From Octopus vulgaris (Eukaryota), in the NCBI GenBank assembly GCA_951406725.2, contig OX597815.1, positions 168,764,001-168,828,000 on the forward strand: a stretch of DNA of 64,000 nucleotides, given 5' to 3'. Within the stretch, counting starts at the first letter, position 1. Each line of letters opens with the position of its first letter. Made by a program: the position numbers and the translations under genes. The notes below the pieces were generated by a model that was not told the origin of the DNA, did no database searches, and saw nothing but the letters and a program-made list of their open reading frames with translations. Below, one piece after another: positions 52,183 through 64,000 of this stretch.

Positions 52183-52752
52183 CAAAATATTGTCCAAAAA
52201 GAAGTGGAGAAATTGTCAAAGTACAAAGATCTCGAAATAGAAATAAACAAGATGTGGGGCACGAAGGTGAAAAAATACCAATAATAATTGAAGCATTGGG
52301 CATGATAAAAAAATATGAACAAAAATGTAGAGACTATACCTGGATACTCACTATCCAAAATTAGCCCTGTTAGGAACAGCCCACATCCTACACAAGACAT
52401 TATCAATTCAATGATACAACCTAAACAAACCAATCCACAAACACAAGACACACTCTATACAGCAAATATCCAATGAAATAAACTTCCACCAGCAATCTAG
52501 AAAACCAATGCATTACACACACAACACACACTACAAACACTAATACAATAAAAGACTGCACCACACCCTAAAAAAGAGAAAATAAACATGCAATACAATA
52601 CCAGGAAGAGCTTGTACGCTCCCAACAACAAAAAAGAAAACACAATGCTGTACACACCCCAGCAACATGGGGATGTAGCAGGTAATGCAGTAGAAATTTG
52701 CCTGAAACTACCAAATGCTGAACAACAACAACAACAGCAGTAGCAGCAGCAA
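52183..52752 (+). mobile_element. R4/Dong-clade LINE 3' fragment in the ANAPC4 last intron (antisense)
   Basis: NIVQKEVEKLSKYKDLEIEINKMWGTKVKKIPIIIEALGMIK, homologous to the 14074-14502 ORF. CA-rich 3' UTR and (CAA/CAG)n end. Confidence 0.75.
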
Positions 52753-53533
52753 TACCAGGTATTGGTTCTCATGGCTTCTGATCTTAACTGATTGGAAGTG
52801 TTATCAATTACATGTTTTATCTTGGTGTAAAAGATGGGCTAGAAAAAATATTCTGCTCAATAACAGATTTACTTGTCAGTTGCTTGACCATAACTAGTTG
52901 TGCATGTCCCTTTACCTTTCATCCTTTTGGGGCCGATAAATTAAGTACCAGTTGTGTACTGGGGTCAATCTACTCCAAGAATAAGAGTTATGTGTGTTTT
53001 ACCATGGAACAATGCTCAGCTTCAGTGACATGATTTGAACTGTTAACCGTTTAGCTATTAAACTAGCACTTTAATGAGTATCAGATGACAAATCTCAAAC
53101 AATCATAAATAAGCAACAAGACTGAATAGAAAATAAGACATTGTTACTGGAGAGACGCTAATCATATCAAATCACCCACTCCCTATTATCGGGACTGATT
53201 TTTGTAGTATTAATCAGTGAAACAGGTTGGTAGTTAATTCAAACTGGCCGTATCTGGCTCAAATTTCTACTTGTTTTATGTCCAAACCAGCCAGATCCAG
53301 CCACAGATGTCATTCTGAAAACAAACAATCACATCATTCTAAAAACAAACGATCACATCATCAAAAGTGCAAAGCTATAAGATTATATATGATTGGCCCT
53401 TTAGCATTCAGATTACTCTGTCAAATGCAATGCTTAGTTATTCACATTGTTTTGAATTAAAGCTGGATAAGGGGAGGCAAGGAATGTAAATTGTGCAAAA
53501 ACACAGCACAAACACTATGGCATAACTTTACAC

Positions 53534-53730
53534 CATCATCATCATCCTCATCATTCAGCATCTGTTTTCCATGCTTGCATGAGTTGGACAGTTTGATCGG
53601 AGTTGGCAATCAGGCAAGCTGACCAATCTCCAGTTTGATTTGGCTTAGTTTCTACAGCTAAAGGCCCTTCCTAATGCCAACCACTTTACAGAGTGTGCTG
53701 AGTTCTTTTTACATAATACTGGCATGAGTG
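53534..53730 (-). repeat. LINE/SINE 3'-tail repeat with (CAT)n end
   Basis: (CAT)n...TTTCCATGCTTGCATGAGTTGGAC...GCCCTTCCTAATGCCAACCAC. Related segments at about 58745-58940 (-) and 51015-51185, 57850-58045, 58505-58730 (+). Confidence 0.55.
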
Positions 53731-54181
53731 CTTTTACATGGTGCCAGCACAAGTGCTTTTAGCGTGGTGCCGGCACAGGGTTCTTGCATGTCAATCCTCT
53801 TCAGCAGGGGGAGCGGCAGTAACACTTCACTTCTGCTGTGGAGGATGAGTCTTCTTGAGTACATCAATCCGAGTAGTCTCGAAAGGTCTTCCACCAGGCC
53901 AACAACATAAAAATTTGTTTCAAATATAAAACATACACATATAAAACACACACATCTTTCAACTATCAAAACAGAACTATTACACAAGACATATACAATC
54001 ACTTCCAATTCTACGTTCATAATAATTTCTCTATGAGCAGTATAATATAAAAAAAAATATATTAATTTTCTTTTTTTTAATGACAGTCTCAAGATCATTA
54101 AATCATTAAATATGTTGTTTAATATTTTCTGCTAAGGTCGTCAATAATAAAGGTCATCCTAATGAAATAACGACCACTTAC

Positions 54182-54290
54182 CACAGCAGCTACTCTTCGG
54201 CTTCCACTGACAGCAAAGTTACGAGCCTTCATGTTATCTAGGACACGACAGGTTGAGGGATCAATGTGGTCACCAACATTATAGCAAGTG
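54182..54290 (-). CDS. ANAPC4: Anaphase-promoting complex subunit 4, penultimate exon (109 nt)
   Basis: ttattgcag| ... GTG|gtaagt, phase 2 to 0. TCYNVGDHIDPSTCRVLDNMKARNFAVSGSRRVAAV parallels human RLLESMKAQYVAGNGFRKVSCV. Confidence 0.92.
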
Positions 54291-54403
54291 CTGCAATAAA
54301 TTATGAAAAGTCTTGTTAACTAAAACACTCAAGACATACACATGAACAAAGAGGCAATTTAAACATAGAGCAACAATGTCAAATCAGTTACGATAAAACC
54401 GAG

Positions 54404-54435
<32 letters not shown>

Positions 54436-54464
54436 AAGTAGATATATATATATATATATATATA

Positions 54465-54942
54465 TTTTATCTTTTACTGTTTCAGACATTGGACTGTAGC
54501 CAGGCTGAAGAACTGCTTTGAAATGTTTTAGTCAAAAGAATTGACCTAAGTAATTTTTTTTTTTTTTTTAAAGCTTGGTACTTATTCAAAAAGTCTCTTT
54601 TTGCAGAACTGGTAAGTAACAGGGGTGTAAACAAACTACCACCAGTTGCCAAACAGTGGTATGGGAAACACACACACATACAGGGTGTCCCAAAAAAATG
54701 TATACACACCTTAAATAATTGTAAATTTGTTATTCTTTGTAAGCCTAGTACTTATTCTATCGTTCTCTTTTGCCGAACCACTATGTGTATACACTCTTTT
54801 GGGATACCCTGTATACATAATGGGCTTCTTTTAGTTCCTATCCACCAAATCCACTCACAAGGCTTAGATCAGCATAGGGATATAATAGCAGGTGCCATGC
54901 AGTGGGACTGAACCTGAACAATATGTGGCGAGCAAGCAAACT
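54465..54942 (-). mobile_element. SINE family A, diverged, with nested MITE
   Basis: Tail at 54465-54670 and head at 54815-54942. Confidence 0.7.
54681..54811. mobile_element. 131-bp Tc1/mariner MITE, TA TSD
   Basis: TA|CAGGGTGTCCCAAAAAAATGTATACAC ... GTGTATACACTCTTTTGGGATACCCTG|TA. Confidence 0.85.
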
Positions 54943-55109
54943 TATATATGTGTGTATGTATACACACATCCCCATAACTTAGCCGTTTGGCAAAACACTC
55001 CGATAGAATAAATCCTAGGGTCGATTTCTTCGACTAAAGCTCATGCTCCAGCATGCCTGCAGTCATATGACCGAAACAAGTAAAACAATGAAAAATCTAT
55101 GCCATTTTA

Positions 55110-55139
55110 ATCCCGAGCAACGCCGGGTATTTCTGCTAG
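55110..55139 (+). mobile_element. Isolated Helitron 3' end
   Basis: CCCGAGCAACGCCGGG hairpin plus CTAG|T, like 34063-34090. A similar hairpin lies on the minus strand at about 37657-37673. Confidence 0.55.
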
Positions 55140-55259
55140 TATATGTGTGTGTGTGTGCTGACATCATAAGAATTTTGAAACTTCAGGATGAATGTGAAAT
55201 AACTCTCCCTTGGAACATTGAATCTCAGAGCAGATAAAGCTATAAATAATAGTTTATTT

Positions 55260-55635
55260 TTTTTACTTGTTTCAGTCATGTAACTTTGGACATGCTGGGG
55301 CACCACCTAAAGAATTTTAGTGAAAGGAATGAACCCCAGTTTGTTATTTTTAATCCTGGTACTTATTCTATCGGTCTTTTTTACTGAACTGCTAAGTAAC
55401 AGGGACCCAAACATTGCAACATTAGTTGTCAAGCAGCAAGAGGAGACAAACACGCACACACGCACGTGCGTGTGCAACAGGCTCCTTTCAGTTTCTATCT
55501 ACCAAATCCACTCACAATGTTTTGGTCAGCCCAGGAATATAAGAGAAACCCCCGCCCAAGGTGTCACACAGTGGAACTGAACCCAGAACCATGTGGTTGG
55601 TAAGCAAACTTCATACCACACAGCCACACCTGCAA
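55260..55635 (-). mobile_element. SINE family A
   Basis: Reverse-complement head and tail. Confidence 0.8.
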
Positions 55636-56118
55636 TGTGTATATAAAGTTTTAAAAAATGAACAATAACAGTGTTATGGGGAAGAAAGGGCTCCTTAGCC
55701 GTAGTGAAGGCAATCTATCTAGGGAGATAACCTTACAATAAATCACTGGGTCCGTAGCTTAGAAATACTGGGTTGACGTCCAGCGGGAACAGCTTTGTTT
55801 CATGGAGGAGGAAAGATCTTCTTTAGTACTTGGTTGTACAATGCTTTCCAATGTGTGTAGTAGTGGTGCGTGCACACATTATTAGCCATTTGAAAAGACT
55901 ATGAAAGTCTCGACCACGGTCGAACAATGATGATGATGATGAGAAAAGAAATCAAACAATTTGAAGAAATTCATTTCATCAGTATATTACAGTTAGGTAC
56001 ATAGCATAGTGGTTTGAGCGTGGAGCTTGACTCACACTTACAAGGTTACAGGTTTGATTCTTGAGCTAGTTGTGTTTTTGAACGTTTTTAGGCATAGTTG
56101 TGTTTTTGAACGTTTTTA

Positions 56119-56486
56119 GGCATAGGAGTGGCTATGTGGTAAGTAGCTTGCTTACAAACGACATGGTTCCATGTTCAGTCTCACTGAGTGGCACCTTGGG
56201 CAAGTGTCTCCTACTATAGCTTGGGGCCAACCAAAGCTTTGTGAGTGGATTTGGTAGACGGAAACTGAAATATATGTATGTATGTGTGTGTGTTTGGCCT
56301 CCCCAACATCGCTTGACAACCGATGCTGGTGTATTTACGTCCCCGCAACTTAGCGGTTCGGCAAAAGACACCGATAGAATAAGTACTAGGCTTACAAAGA
56401 ATAAGTCCTGGGGTCGATTTGCTCGATTAAAGGCGGTGCTCCAGCATGGCCACAGTCAAATGACTGAAACAAGTAAAAGAGTAAAG
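56119..56486 (+). mobile_element. SINE family A, full length
   Basis: Head, core and (AAAGAGT) tail. A tandem duplication of about 30 bp lies at the 5' flank (56087-56124). Confidence 0.9.
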
Positions 56487-57404
56487 CACTTGACTTCATT
56501 TTACATTGCTTCAACTTACTCAACTAAAGAAGATGGGTACTAGCTGACCTCATGTCAGACTGGCATCCTGTTCAACAGGTAAGTTGGAAACAAAGATAAA
56601 TTCCAGCTTAAATAAGCCTGAAAGCTCAAGACACCCTTTAAAAAAAATATTATCAATGCCTAATCTGAAATTCCTTCAGTTAAGATTTCAAATTCAATGA
56701 ATTTACGTAAGACTGGTAGCAATTGAAAGCAAGCTGTGCAAAACTTTCTCCACAAGAAATCCACATCAATGTTCAATAGTCACCTCTATATACCAAAAGT
56801 AATTTTCTGCTATACAGATGTGCATACATCATTACATAAATATGTACAAATTGATCCTTATAAATCCACATGATAATCCCTCTCACTGAACCATCAGCAA
56901 ATAATCAAGTACATGTAGGGTATTGTTGCTGTTTAGCCATAGGTCAGCTTTGAATGAACAGATCTATGATCTAAGGCTTTCCAGTTATGACCATCCCATA
57001 TTTTTTCAGTGGTAGTTTCTCTAGGATTACATTATCTAATGTGTGTGTGTGTGTGTGTGTTTAAAAGATGAAAGAGGTCTGACTACTATTTCTAGCAACT
57101 ATATAAAAGCATTTTTTTTTTTTGACCCAATCAGTATATAATATGATGTTGGTCTCCTTAGCAAAGTGAAATGTTTATGATTACAAATCAGACACAAATT
57201 ATAATAAAGGACTCAGGAAGAAATGAGTTCGTAACTTCAGTTGTAATGTTGTAAAAATTTGTTTTGGATCATCTCAAACTAATCAAATGTTCCACTTTTG
57301 GACACTAAAAGGTTTAAAAATTTCCCTGTATCATTTCAACAAAAATAATGCTTAAGAAGACAAAAAAAAGTAATGCTAATTATGAGATTGAGATTATTAC
57401 TTAC

Positions 57405-57584
57405 AGTTCAGAGAGAGACAGCTTATTTGCATTGTGGGGAACTTTTGTAAAGAAACTATCAACAATTCTTGCAACTGGTAACTGTGTGAGGAGTGCATTC
57501 CCTTTGCTTTCATCTTGTAATAGAAGAGAGATTGTTTTCTCATCATAATAAGACACATCCAACATTTTATACCGTGGAGATGAT
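57405..57584 (-). CDS. ANAPC4: Anaphase-promoting complex subunit 4, internal exon (180 nt)
   Basis: ttttttgtcttgcag| ... CT|gtaagt, phase 2-2. SSPRYKMLDVSYYDEKTISLLLQDESKGNALLTQLPV parallels human CLDAQFYDDETVTVVLKD...LLVQLPL. Confidence 0.92.
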
Positions 57585-57694
57585 CTGCAAGACAAAAAAA
57601 TAGATAATTAAGTTTCAGAAGATAAAGGTTATTTTCTCAAAGACATCATAATTTAAATTTTAAGTCATACTCATTATAAAATATAATAATACAT

Positions 57695-58045
57695 AGATGC
57701 AGATGTGGCTGTATGGTTAAGAAGTTTGCTTGCCAACCACATGGTTTCAGGTTCAGTCCCACTACAAGGTACTTTGGCCAAGTACCTTTTACTGTAGCCC
57801 TGGGCTGATAAAAGCCTTGTGAGTGTATTTCATAAACAAATACTGAAAGATGCTCATTGTGTGTGCATGTGTGTATGCTTGTGTCTCCTTGACTTGACAT
57901 TGCGTGATAGCTGTAAATGAGTGTCACTGTCATACAAGCAGTGTCATTCATGTCCAATGAGAAGGGCATCCCTCTATAGAAGATTTGCCTCAATAAATCA
58001 TGTGCAACCAACACAAGCATGGAAAAGCAAAAATTAAGATGAGGA
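57695..58045 (+). mobile_element. SINE family A head with alternative tail
   Basis: GATGTGGCTGTATGGTTAAGAAG...GGTTCAGTCCCACT head, with the tail of the (GAT)n-ending type. Confidence 0.65.
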
Positions 58046-59692
58046 TTGTGATAAAGGTCTAAATAAAATTATTTCAGCTCATTTCAAATCAGCATATTTT
58101 ATTACTATTATACACAAAAATAAATTTGAATAAAATTTTGAAAATATTAAACATGGAGCTACTGAGAAAGGTAGGATCATAAAGCATAAGGGGATGTACA
58201 GTAGAATAGTGTGTGTATAGGGGGGAGGTATACAGAATGTGCAGACCACTTTATGTGTGTGTTTGCTGTAATTGATGGTATGTTACATTTAAGTAAGGGG
58301 GCAGCTAATTTGGCTACTGCACAGGGCAACCAAGACCTATGCTACACTACTGGGAATGTAAGTAAACACCATAAGGTATTTTATAGAGCGCTCTGCTCAC
58401 ACTACTATCCACCCATTGATAATACACACACGAGTGTGAGTGTCTGTGTAAATATCTAGCTGTATTATGTGTGTTTGGGGTGGGTATACCTGTGTGTGTA
58501 TTACTGTATCCTTACCTTGATATTATGTGATAGTTGTAAACAAATGTCTCAATCATACAAGTTGTGCCCTTCGTTCCCAATCCTCTACCAAAACATGTTT
58601 GGTCAAAGGGAAATACTTGGAAATAAGTGAGTGTCGGTGACAGGAAAAGCATTCGGTTGTAGAAAACTCAACCTCAACAAATTCCATCTGATTGCCACAT
58701 GCATGAAGAGGACATTAAGCATTGATGATATATATATATATATCATCACCACCATCATCATCATCATCCTTATTTCCACATTGGCATGTGTTGGATGATT
58801 TGACAAGAACAAACAAGCTGGAGGGCTCCACTAGGTTCTATGTCTGACTTGGCATGATTTCATCAGCTGGATGCCCTTCTTAACACCAACCACTCAATAG
58901 AGTGTACAGAATACCTTTTACATGACACCAGTACCAGTGAGATCACTAACTGCCCACAAGGTACATATATATGCATATCTATAATAATAAATCCCACAAT
59001 GAATTTCTGTGTCAATGTGTTATACTTTGACCACCTCTCTCACTATTCAGTGACACTTCTACTTCTCTTGCAAGGGTGAGAGTAATAGTAAGCACAGAGA
59101 CAGTAAGGGCTGTAGTAGATTAACAGTTGAGATGATAATGGGGTGATAGGAATAGTATGAACTGCTGTTGTGATAGAGGCGGAGGTGATGGTGGTGGTGG
59201 TATTAGCTGAGGCGGTCAAGCATGACAGTGGTAACATGGGGTGTGAAAGACAGTGGTGATGGTGATGGAGGTGAAGGCTTCAAAGTCAAAGGTGCTGATG
59301 GTGGTGTCAGGAGCCTGAATGGTGTGTGTATGGCAGTTGTGGTGGGAATGGTGGTGGTACTGGTGATGGTTGAAAACAATCAACAGAAAGAGAGAAAGAG
59401 AGAGAAAAGAAAAAGGGTAGATAGAAAAAAAAATTGCACTGACCCCCAAATGAGAAAACAAAAAAATGTTGTTTATCATGAAACTTTGCAATAAGTCCAA
59501 TATATCATTGTTTTGATGAAAATTTAATATGTACTCAATGCATAAAGTGTCATTATTGTGCTCAAGGCCCAATGAAGAGCCCTCCACAGGAGCTAGCTTA
59601 GGGCAACTTTTATGTCAGTGTGAAAATATAGCCATAGATAATGTATGTATGTGAGTGTGTATGAATGGATGGATGGTAGCACAGGTAGAGAG

Positions 59693-59743
<51 letters not shown>

Positions 59744-60191
59744 ATATATATATATTATAGGGATAGTTTACGAAAAAAAAAAACAGATGTATTAGTATAA
59801 CGCTCAGGAATAGAAAGTCTTTTACGTTTCGAGCCTACACTCTTCTACAGAAAGGGACACAGAAAAAACAAGGAGAGAAACAAAGAGAGAAAAAAATGTG
59901 TGTAGTGGCTAACAATCTATCATGACGTCTGACTCGGACAGAAGGGTCACACACGAGAAGGAAAGTAGGGGAGATAACAAAGTAAAGATGACCCCCAACA
60001 CGAAGGTGCGTGTGAAAGAGGGCTGGTGGTCTGGACGTGTATGTGTAGGTGTGAAAATGTAGGAATGGGTGTGTGGGTGGTGTGTTGTGATGTGTAATGT
60101 TGTATGGTGTAGTGTGGTGTGGTGTGATGTTGTTGGGAGGTGGGGGAGGCGAGAGGGGGAAAGCACGGGTGGGGTGTATATATATACACAA

Positions 60192-60525
60192 GTGCAGGCA
60201 TGGCTGTGTGGTTAGAAACTGGATTCCTAACCACATAGTTCTGGGTTCAGTCCAACTGTATGGCACCTTGGACAATTGTCTTCTACTATAGTCTCAGGCT
60301 GACCAAAGCCTTATTAGTAGATTTAGTAGATGGGAACTGAAAGACACCTGTCATGTGTGTGTGTTTTCGTGTCTGTGCTTGTCCTCCACCACTGCTTGAC
60401 AACCAGTGTTGGTGTGTTTACATCCCTGTAACTGAGCAGTTTGGCAAAAGAAGTCAATAGAGTAAATACCAGGCTTAACAAACAAGTACTAGTGTTAATT
60501 TATTTCACAAAAAATTCTTCAAGGT
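60192..60525 (+). mobile_element. SINE family A
   Basis: Head and core match. Confidence 0.8.
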
Positions 60526-61659
60526 AGTACTATCTTCAAGTTTTCTGAATACTTAAAGAATTCAGAACAAGCATGATATCGTTAAATTACTGGATCTTTT
60601 TTCTTGTTTTTTGCCTTGGGAGGTGCATATATAATAATTTTTTCCCTGCTGTCTTTTACTTCTTCACATCCATTTCACAGCTAATTTTTGAATTTCTAAT
60701 CACTTCTCAAAGACATTTAAAAAATTTCTTATATATTTATTTAAATATTATTTTTGTCTGTTGCTTTTGTTTCTCTCTCTCTCTCTTCTTCAAAAATCTC
60801 CTTATTGAAAAATTGTAGTTTAGACTTGAGAGGTGAGGGTCATACAGCTGGATGACTCCAGCTTGCAGTGTGAGAATTGATAGACTAATTGTAATTATTA
60901 GTATGAAGACCTAAAAAAAAAATTTTTTTTTTAAAGTGACTTATATTAAGATTTCAGGCAAGAAATCTACCTTATATTTAAGGACAAAATCATTCAGCAG
61001 AGAATAGTTCTTCAATTAAGGACTCTGGTACAAGAAACATTACATATTTCTTTCCTTTATGGCATCTTACAGCCCCTACTGATCATTTTCTCTTTCTCTC
61101 CTCCACATTTCCTGTACTAGACGTGAGTGACCATGCAGATCCTCTGCAGGAACCTGCCCTCCACTCATACTCCATCCTACCTCCCATAGTCATCCTCTCC
61201 AGTATTCCCTAGCATGAAAATGATCCCCCTTCCATCTCCCCCATGGCTTGTCCTGCAAACTACATAGCAACCTCAACAAGGCAAGTGGCATGTAAAAAGC
61301 ATGCTGTCTTTCATGTGCCACCGGCACAAGTGCCAGTAAGGCGACGCTGGTAACAATCATGCTTGAATGGTGCTTTTTACATGCCACCAGCATAGGAGCC
61401 AGATGATACTCTTAGCACTCCACTAGCACAGATGCCAGTCAAGTGGAGCTATCATCGAATTTGATTTCGATTTCACTTGCCTCAACAGGTTTTCGCAAGC
61501 AGAGTCCAACGAAGGAAAGGTACGCATAAGTGGGCTTGTTACACTCCTGGCATAGGCCACGGGTTAGGGTCTCACTTGGCTTGCCATGTCTTCTCAAGCA
61601 CAGCATATTTCCAAAGATCTCGGTCATTAGTCATGAATACATATATATATAAATATAAA

Positions 61660-61944
61660 TATTTGCAATAATTATAATGATAGAGAATATCGAGACTGAT
61701 ACATCTTCAAAATTTATTTCCTTTTATCTTACAATGTCGTGTAGCATATTTTTATAGTTACGATGACCTACACGTGTTTCCATTGCACAGAGTATGAGCA
61801 GTTGCATATGCAAACAGGCATAATTTTCTGTGCAACTTTGTTCAGGGTCTTTCAACCAGCTGTACGACATTGTACAATAAATGGAAAAAGATTCTGATGA
61901 TGTATCAGTTTCCATATTTTCACTCGTTATAATTATTGCTAATA
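61660..61944. mobile_element. MITE-like foldback with about 45-bp imperfect TIRs
   Basis: GCAATAATTATAATGATAGAGAATATCGAGACTGATACATC versus GATGTATCAGTTTCCATATTTTCACTCGTTATAATTATTGC, in TA-rich flanks. Confidence 0.6.
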
Positions 61945-62152
61945 TACACTCCAGAAAATATTACCATCCAGGGAAGTGAACAAAGAATTACCCACTGGAG
62001 GAGTAGTTTGTGATTACCCCTAGTAGTCATAGCCATTAAATACTAATTGATGCAGATGGCCATAACCTGGAGCATAACTGGGAGTACCACAGTATCCACC
62101 CCGGATAATATCACCCTCTGAACTCTATAATGAGTAGGTGTGTATGTGTGTG

Positions 62153-62193
<41 letters not shown>

Positions 62194-63103
62194 CACACAG
62201 TCCAGCACCCACTGCTTGTTATTCCTAAAGACAGATTAATAGCATTTAGTTCACCAAAAACAACAGTCAAGTTTAAGTCCCAAAACTTGTACCACAACAA
62301 ACTGAAGATGTTTCTAGCCTCTAACAAGCCTCTTATTACTCAAGTGACAGATGTCAGCTGTTAAACACAGAACAGGCAGCTGTCAACCAAACCCCAAAAA
62401 GGTGTTTGCTAGCTGCTACAGTCAGACAAGACCCTTAAGCCACAGAAGGGATAAACAACAGCAACAACAACAACAACAAGAAAAGAAGAGGAAATAACAT
62501 GAACGGTGGTGGTGGGGGAAGTGATTATTCAGAGATAATTACAAGCACAAGCCTACAGTTTAGGAAAGATTTGTGAAGAGTGAAGCTAATGTAAAGAAAA
62601 CATTGTTTTAGAGCAGCCGTGTCTTGTTTTCTATTCATCTTAGCTTTAATAATGGCATAACATAATATATTTCAGTATTACAATAGCACAGCTTCAGGCA
62701 AATACTCTTACTCTCTCTCTCTCTCTCTTACTATTATAAAGTAAACCCTCTCTCACTGAAAGAACTATTATAAATAATTATACATGTTTTCTCTTGTAAG
62801 GGACTTATTACAATAATACTGGCAAGACACACATGCACACGCGTGCACACAATGAGGCTCAAGCAACCACCCTCCCACACACTCATAATCATTAACAATT
62901 CAGCTGTTTGTACACTCATTCCTTCACACATTACTATATCTTGTAAACAAATATTTAAAAACAAATGTTTTTTTGTTTTGCTGAACAACCAAATCAATTG
63001 TTTTTTTTTTGTTTTGTTTTTTTTTCATTTTTTTATCTTTTACTTGTTTCAGTCATTAGACTGCAGCCACGCTGGAGCACCACCTTGAAGGGTATATTTA
63101 TTC

Positions 63104-63360
63104 CAGTAATTCTCATCTGGGGTCCATGTGACCCTTGAGGGTCCACATAAGATTTTGTTGTAAAATATGTGTAATGAAATCAGTTATACTTCTACAATAC
63201 ATAAAATATTAATTCAATAATTTTTTTAATACAATTCCTAATAATATTCAACTATAAAAATATATTAGGATTTTTTAAACAGTGAATGGCTAGGAGGGTC
63301 TATCTGAGTACAATGGGAATCAAAGGGGTCCAAAAGGTAAAAAACAGTTGAGAATTACTG
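63104..63360. mobile_element. hAT (Charlie-like) MITE inserted in a SINE tail
   Basis: TIR CAGTAATTCTCA/TGAGAATTACTG, degenerate 8-bp TSD ATTTATTC/GTTTAGTC, subterminal GGGTCC repeats. Confidence 0.75.
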
Positions 63361-63384
63361 GTTTAGTCAAACAAATCAACCCGT

Positions 63385-64000
63385 TACTCTTTTACTTGTT
63401 TCAGTCATTTGACTGTAGTCATGCTGCAGCACCGCCTTTAGTCGAACAAACTGACCCCAGGACATTCTTTGTAAGCCTAGTACTTCTATCGGTCTCTTTT
63501 GCCGAACCACTACGTTACGGGGACATAAACACACCAGCATCGGTTGTCAAGTGATGTTGGGGGGACAAACACAGACACACAAACACATACATATATATAC
63601 ATATATACGACAGGCTTCTTTCAGTTTCCATCTACCAAATCCACTCACAAGGCTTTGGTTGGCCTGAGGCTATAGTTGAAGACACTTGCCCAAGATGCTG
63701 CACAGTGGGACTGAACCTGGAACTATGTGGTTCGTAAGCAAGCTACTTACCACACAGCCAATCTTTTTTCTTTTCAAGTTTGGTAGTTATTTTATCGGTT
63801 CTTTTGCCATCATGGCGATATAAAAAAAACCAACACCAGTTGTCAAGTAGTGATTTGAAACAAACACTAAGACACATACACACACACTCACACTTCTTTC
63901 AGTTTCCATCTACTCACAAGGATTTGGTCAGCCAGACGCTATAGGAGAAGACACTTGTTCAAGGTGGCATGCAGTGGAAATGAACTCAAGACTATATGGA
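63385..64000 (-). mobile_element. Two tandem SINE family A copies
   Basis: Full copy at about 63385-63760. A second diverged copy runs from about 63775 to the window end. Confidence 0.8.

Noticed and set aside
59043-59587. Thr/His/Val-rich ORFs
   Set aside because: Low-complexity (GGT/GAT)n intronic sequence without splice or homology support.
60846-60910. Possible additional ANAPC4 exon (tttttag|...CT|gtatg; VFILIITISLSILTLQAGVIQ)
   Set aside because: The phase is compatible, but the peptide shows no resemblance to the APC4 sequence I recall for this position. Left unannotated pending RNA-seq.

Overview
AT-rich, microsatellite-dense eukaryotic DNA. The SINE families and (TA)n/(CA)n/(TATG)n load look like an octopus (coleoid cephalopod) genome; this is inferred from recall and was not database-checked. 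Three phase-compatible minus-strand exons (57405-57584, 54182-54290, 51834-52079) encode the C-terminus of anaphase-promoting complex subunit 4 (ANAPC4), and its 5' exons lie beyond the window. A second, unidentified minus-strand gene probably starts in a GC-rich promoter-like region at about 28.5-29.6 kb (candidate exons 28972-29120 and 26330-26383). Most of the rest is transposon-derived: degraded Penelope-like elements (PLEs), a pogo/Tc2-type DDE transposase, L1/Tx1, R4/Dong and HERO LINE fragments, solo LTRs, Helitron, Merlin-, mariner- and hAT-type MITEs, and at least three tRNA-derived SINE families. The most notable items are several type-I hammerhead ribozyme folds (including a 487-bp terminally redundant, retrozyme-like unit and an inverted hammerhead pair), a palindromic dimer MITE carrying telomeric repeats, an upstream ORF separated from the candidate gene by one in-frame UGA, and a possible recursive splice site. 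Nearly all ORFs in the supplied track are microsatellite or SINE artefacts. Repeat boundaries without a TSD or TIR are approximate.
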